DNA from: a virus
Taxonomy: Duplodnaviria; Heunggongvirae; Uroviricota; Caudoviricetes
Strand: one strand, 5' to 3'
DNA length: 5,043 nt
IMG/VR virus record: IMGVR_UViG_2671180454_000012
The notes beneath the pieces were generated by a model. It saw only the letters and a program-made list of their open reading frames with translations, did not search any database and was not told where the DNA came from. Positions 4,774 to 5,043 of this stretch are shown piece after piece. The position numbers were made by a program, and so were the translations under genes. Every line of letters begins with the position of its first letter. Positions within the stretch are counted from its first letter, which is position 1.

Positions 4774-5043
4774 TCATTTGTGACCTATTGCACATGATGG
4801 CATCCAGTCTTCTGAATCCTCTGTCAGGGTCACATTTGAACGCAAACCGTGCTTCGTTTTCCGTTTCATATACTCCCTGCCATATTCCGCCATTGCCCCC
4901 GGCATATCTTTACCGAAGCGCGTCAGTGTTACAGGTTTACCGAATCCGTGTGCCCTCATATATGCCAGATAGGCGTGATAAAGATACCTGCGCGGACTGA
5001 ACGGAATAATTTCGGCATTACCCACTAACAGACCATCACACAT
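4774..5043 (-). CDS. 3' portion of a replication-initiator gene (candidate P4 alpha-like primase/helicase C-terminal region); frame is open to the window edge, so the true start is probably beyond 5043
   Basis: Open frame from the window edge to TGA at 4774-4776, ending about 30 bp from the TGTTCACC iteron array, as expected for an initiator next to its binding sites. Family assignment is inferred from context only; no catalytic motif was recognised. Confidence 0.4.
   Translation of the reverse strand: MCDGLLVGNAEIIPFSPRRYLYHAYLAYMRAHGFGKPVTLTRFGKDMPGAMAEYGREYMKRKTKHGLRSNVTLTEDSEDWMPSCAIGHK

Noticed and set aside
4734-5000. 88-aa plus-strand ORF opposite the initiator fragment
   Set aside because: Antisense to a longer ORF open to the window edge; Ser/Leu/Pro-rich shadow frame.
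1-5043. P2/P4 cos (GGCGAGGCGGGGAAAGCAC) or lambda cosN (GGGCGGCGACCT)
   Set aside because: No match seen on either strand by eye; the GC-box of the repeated module is superficially G/C-rich but does not align to these as I remember them.
1-5043. tRNA, tmRNA or integrase-associated att site
   Set aside because: No cloverleaf-compatible region or integrase gene recognised; the hairpins at 422-622 lack tRNA features.

Overview
Draft-quality DNA (152-nt N run at 3486-3637) that reads as part of an enterobacterial prophage or phage-satellite-like element. All convincing genes are on the minus strand. From right to left: the 3' end of a replication gene (4774-5043, partial), an iteron-type origin built from TGTTCACC octamers (4515-4745), a translationally coupled pair encoding an 81-aa protein and an SSB-like protein, then after a terminator, the gap and a promoter region, a small possibly RHH-like protein coupled to a ClpP-family prohead protease. 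The protease frame continues into an HK97-type major capsid region only across a -1 frame change at an A6 run, and a 93-aa gene follows. The left 640 bp has no convincing ORF but is dense in inverted and tandem repeats. The most notable signals are the frame break at an exact A_AAA_AAG heptamer, a ~115-bp conserved intergenic module present twice (with a degenerate third copy), a cluster of hairpins including a perfect 22-bp palindrome, and a candidate plus-strand small RNA. No rRNA, tRNA, CRISPR array, integrase or transposase was recognised, and nothing can be called a new defence system from sequence alone. The ORF track uses TTG/GTG as starts, so a listed 'M' is not always ATG. All family assignments are from reading the translations; no database search was run.
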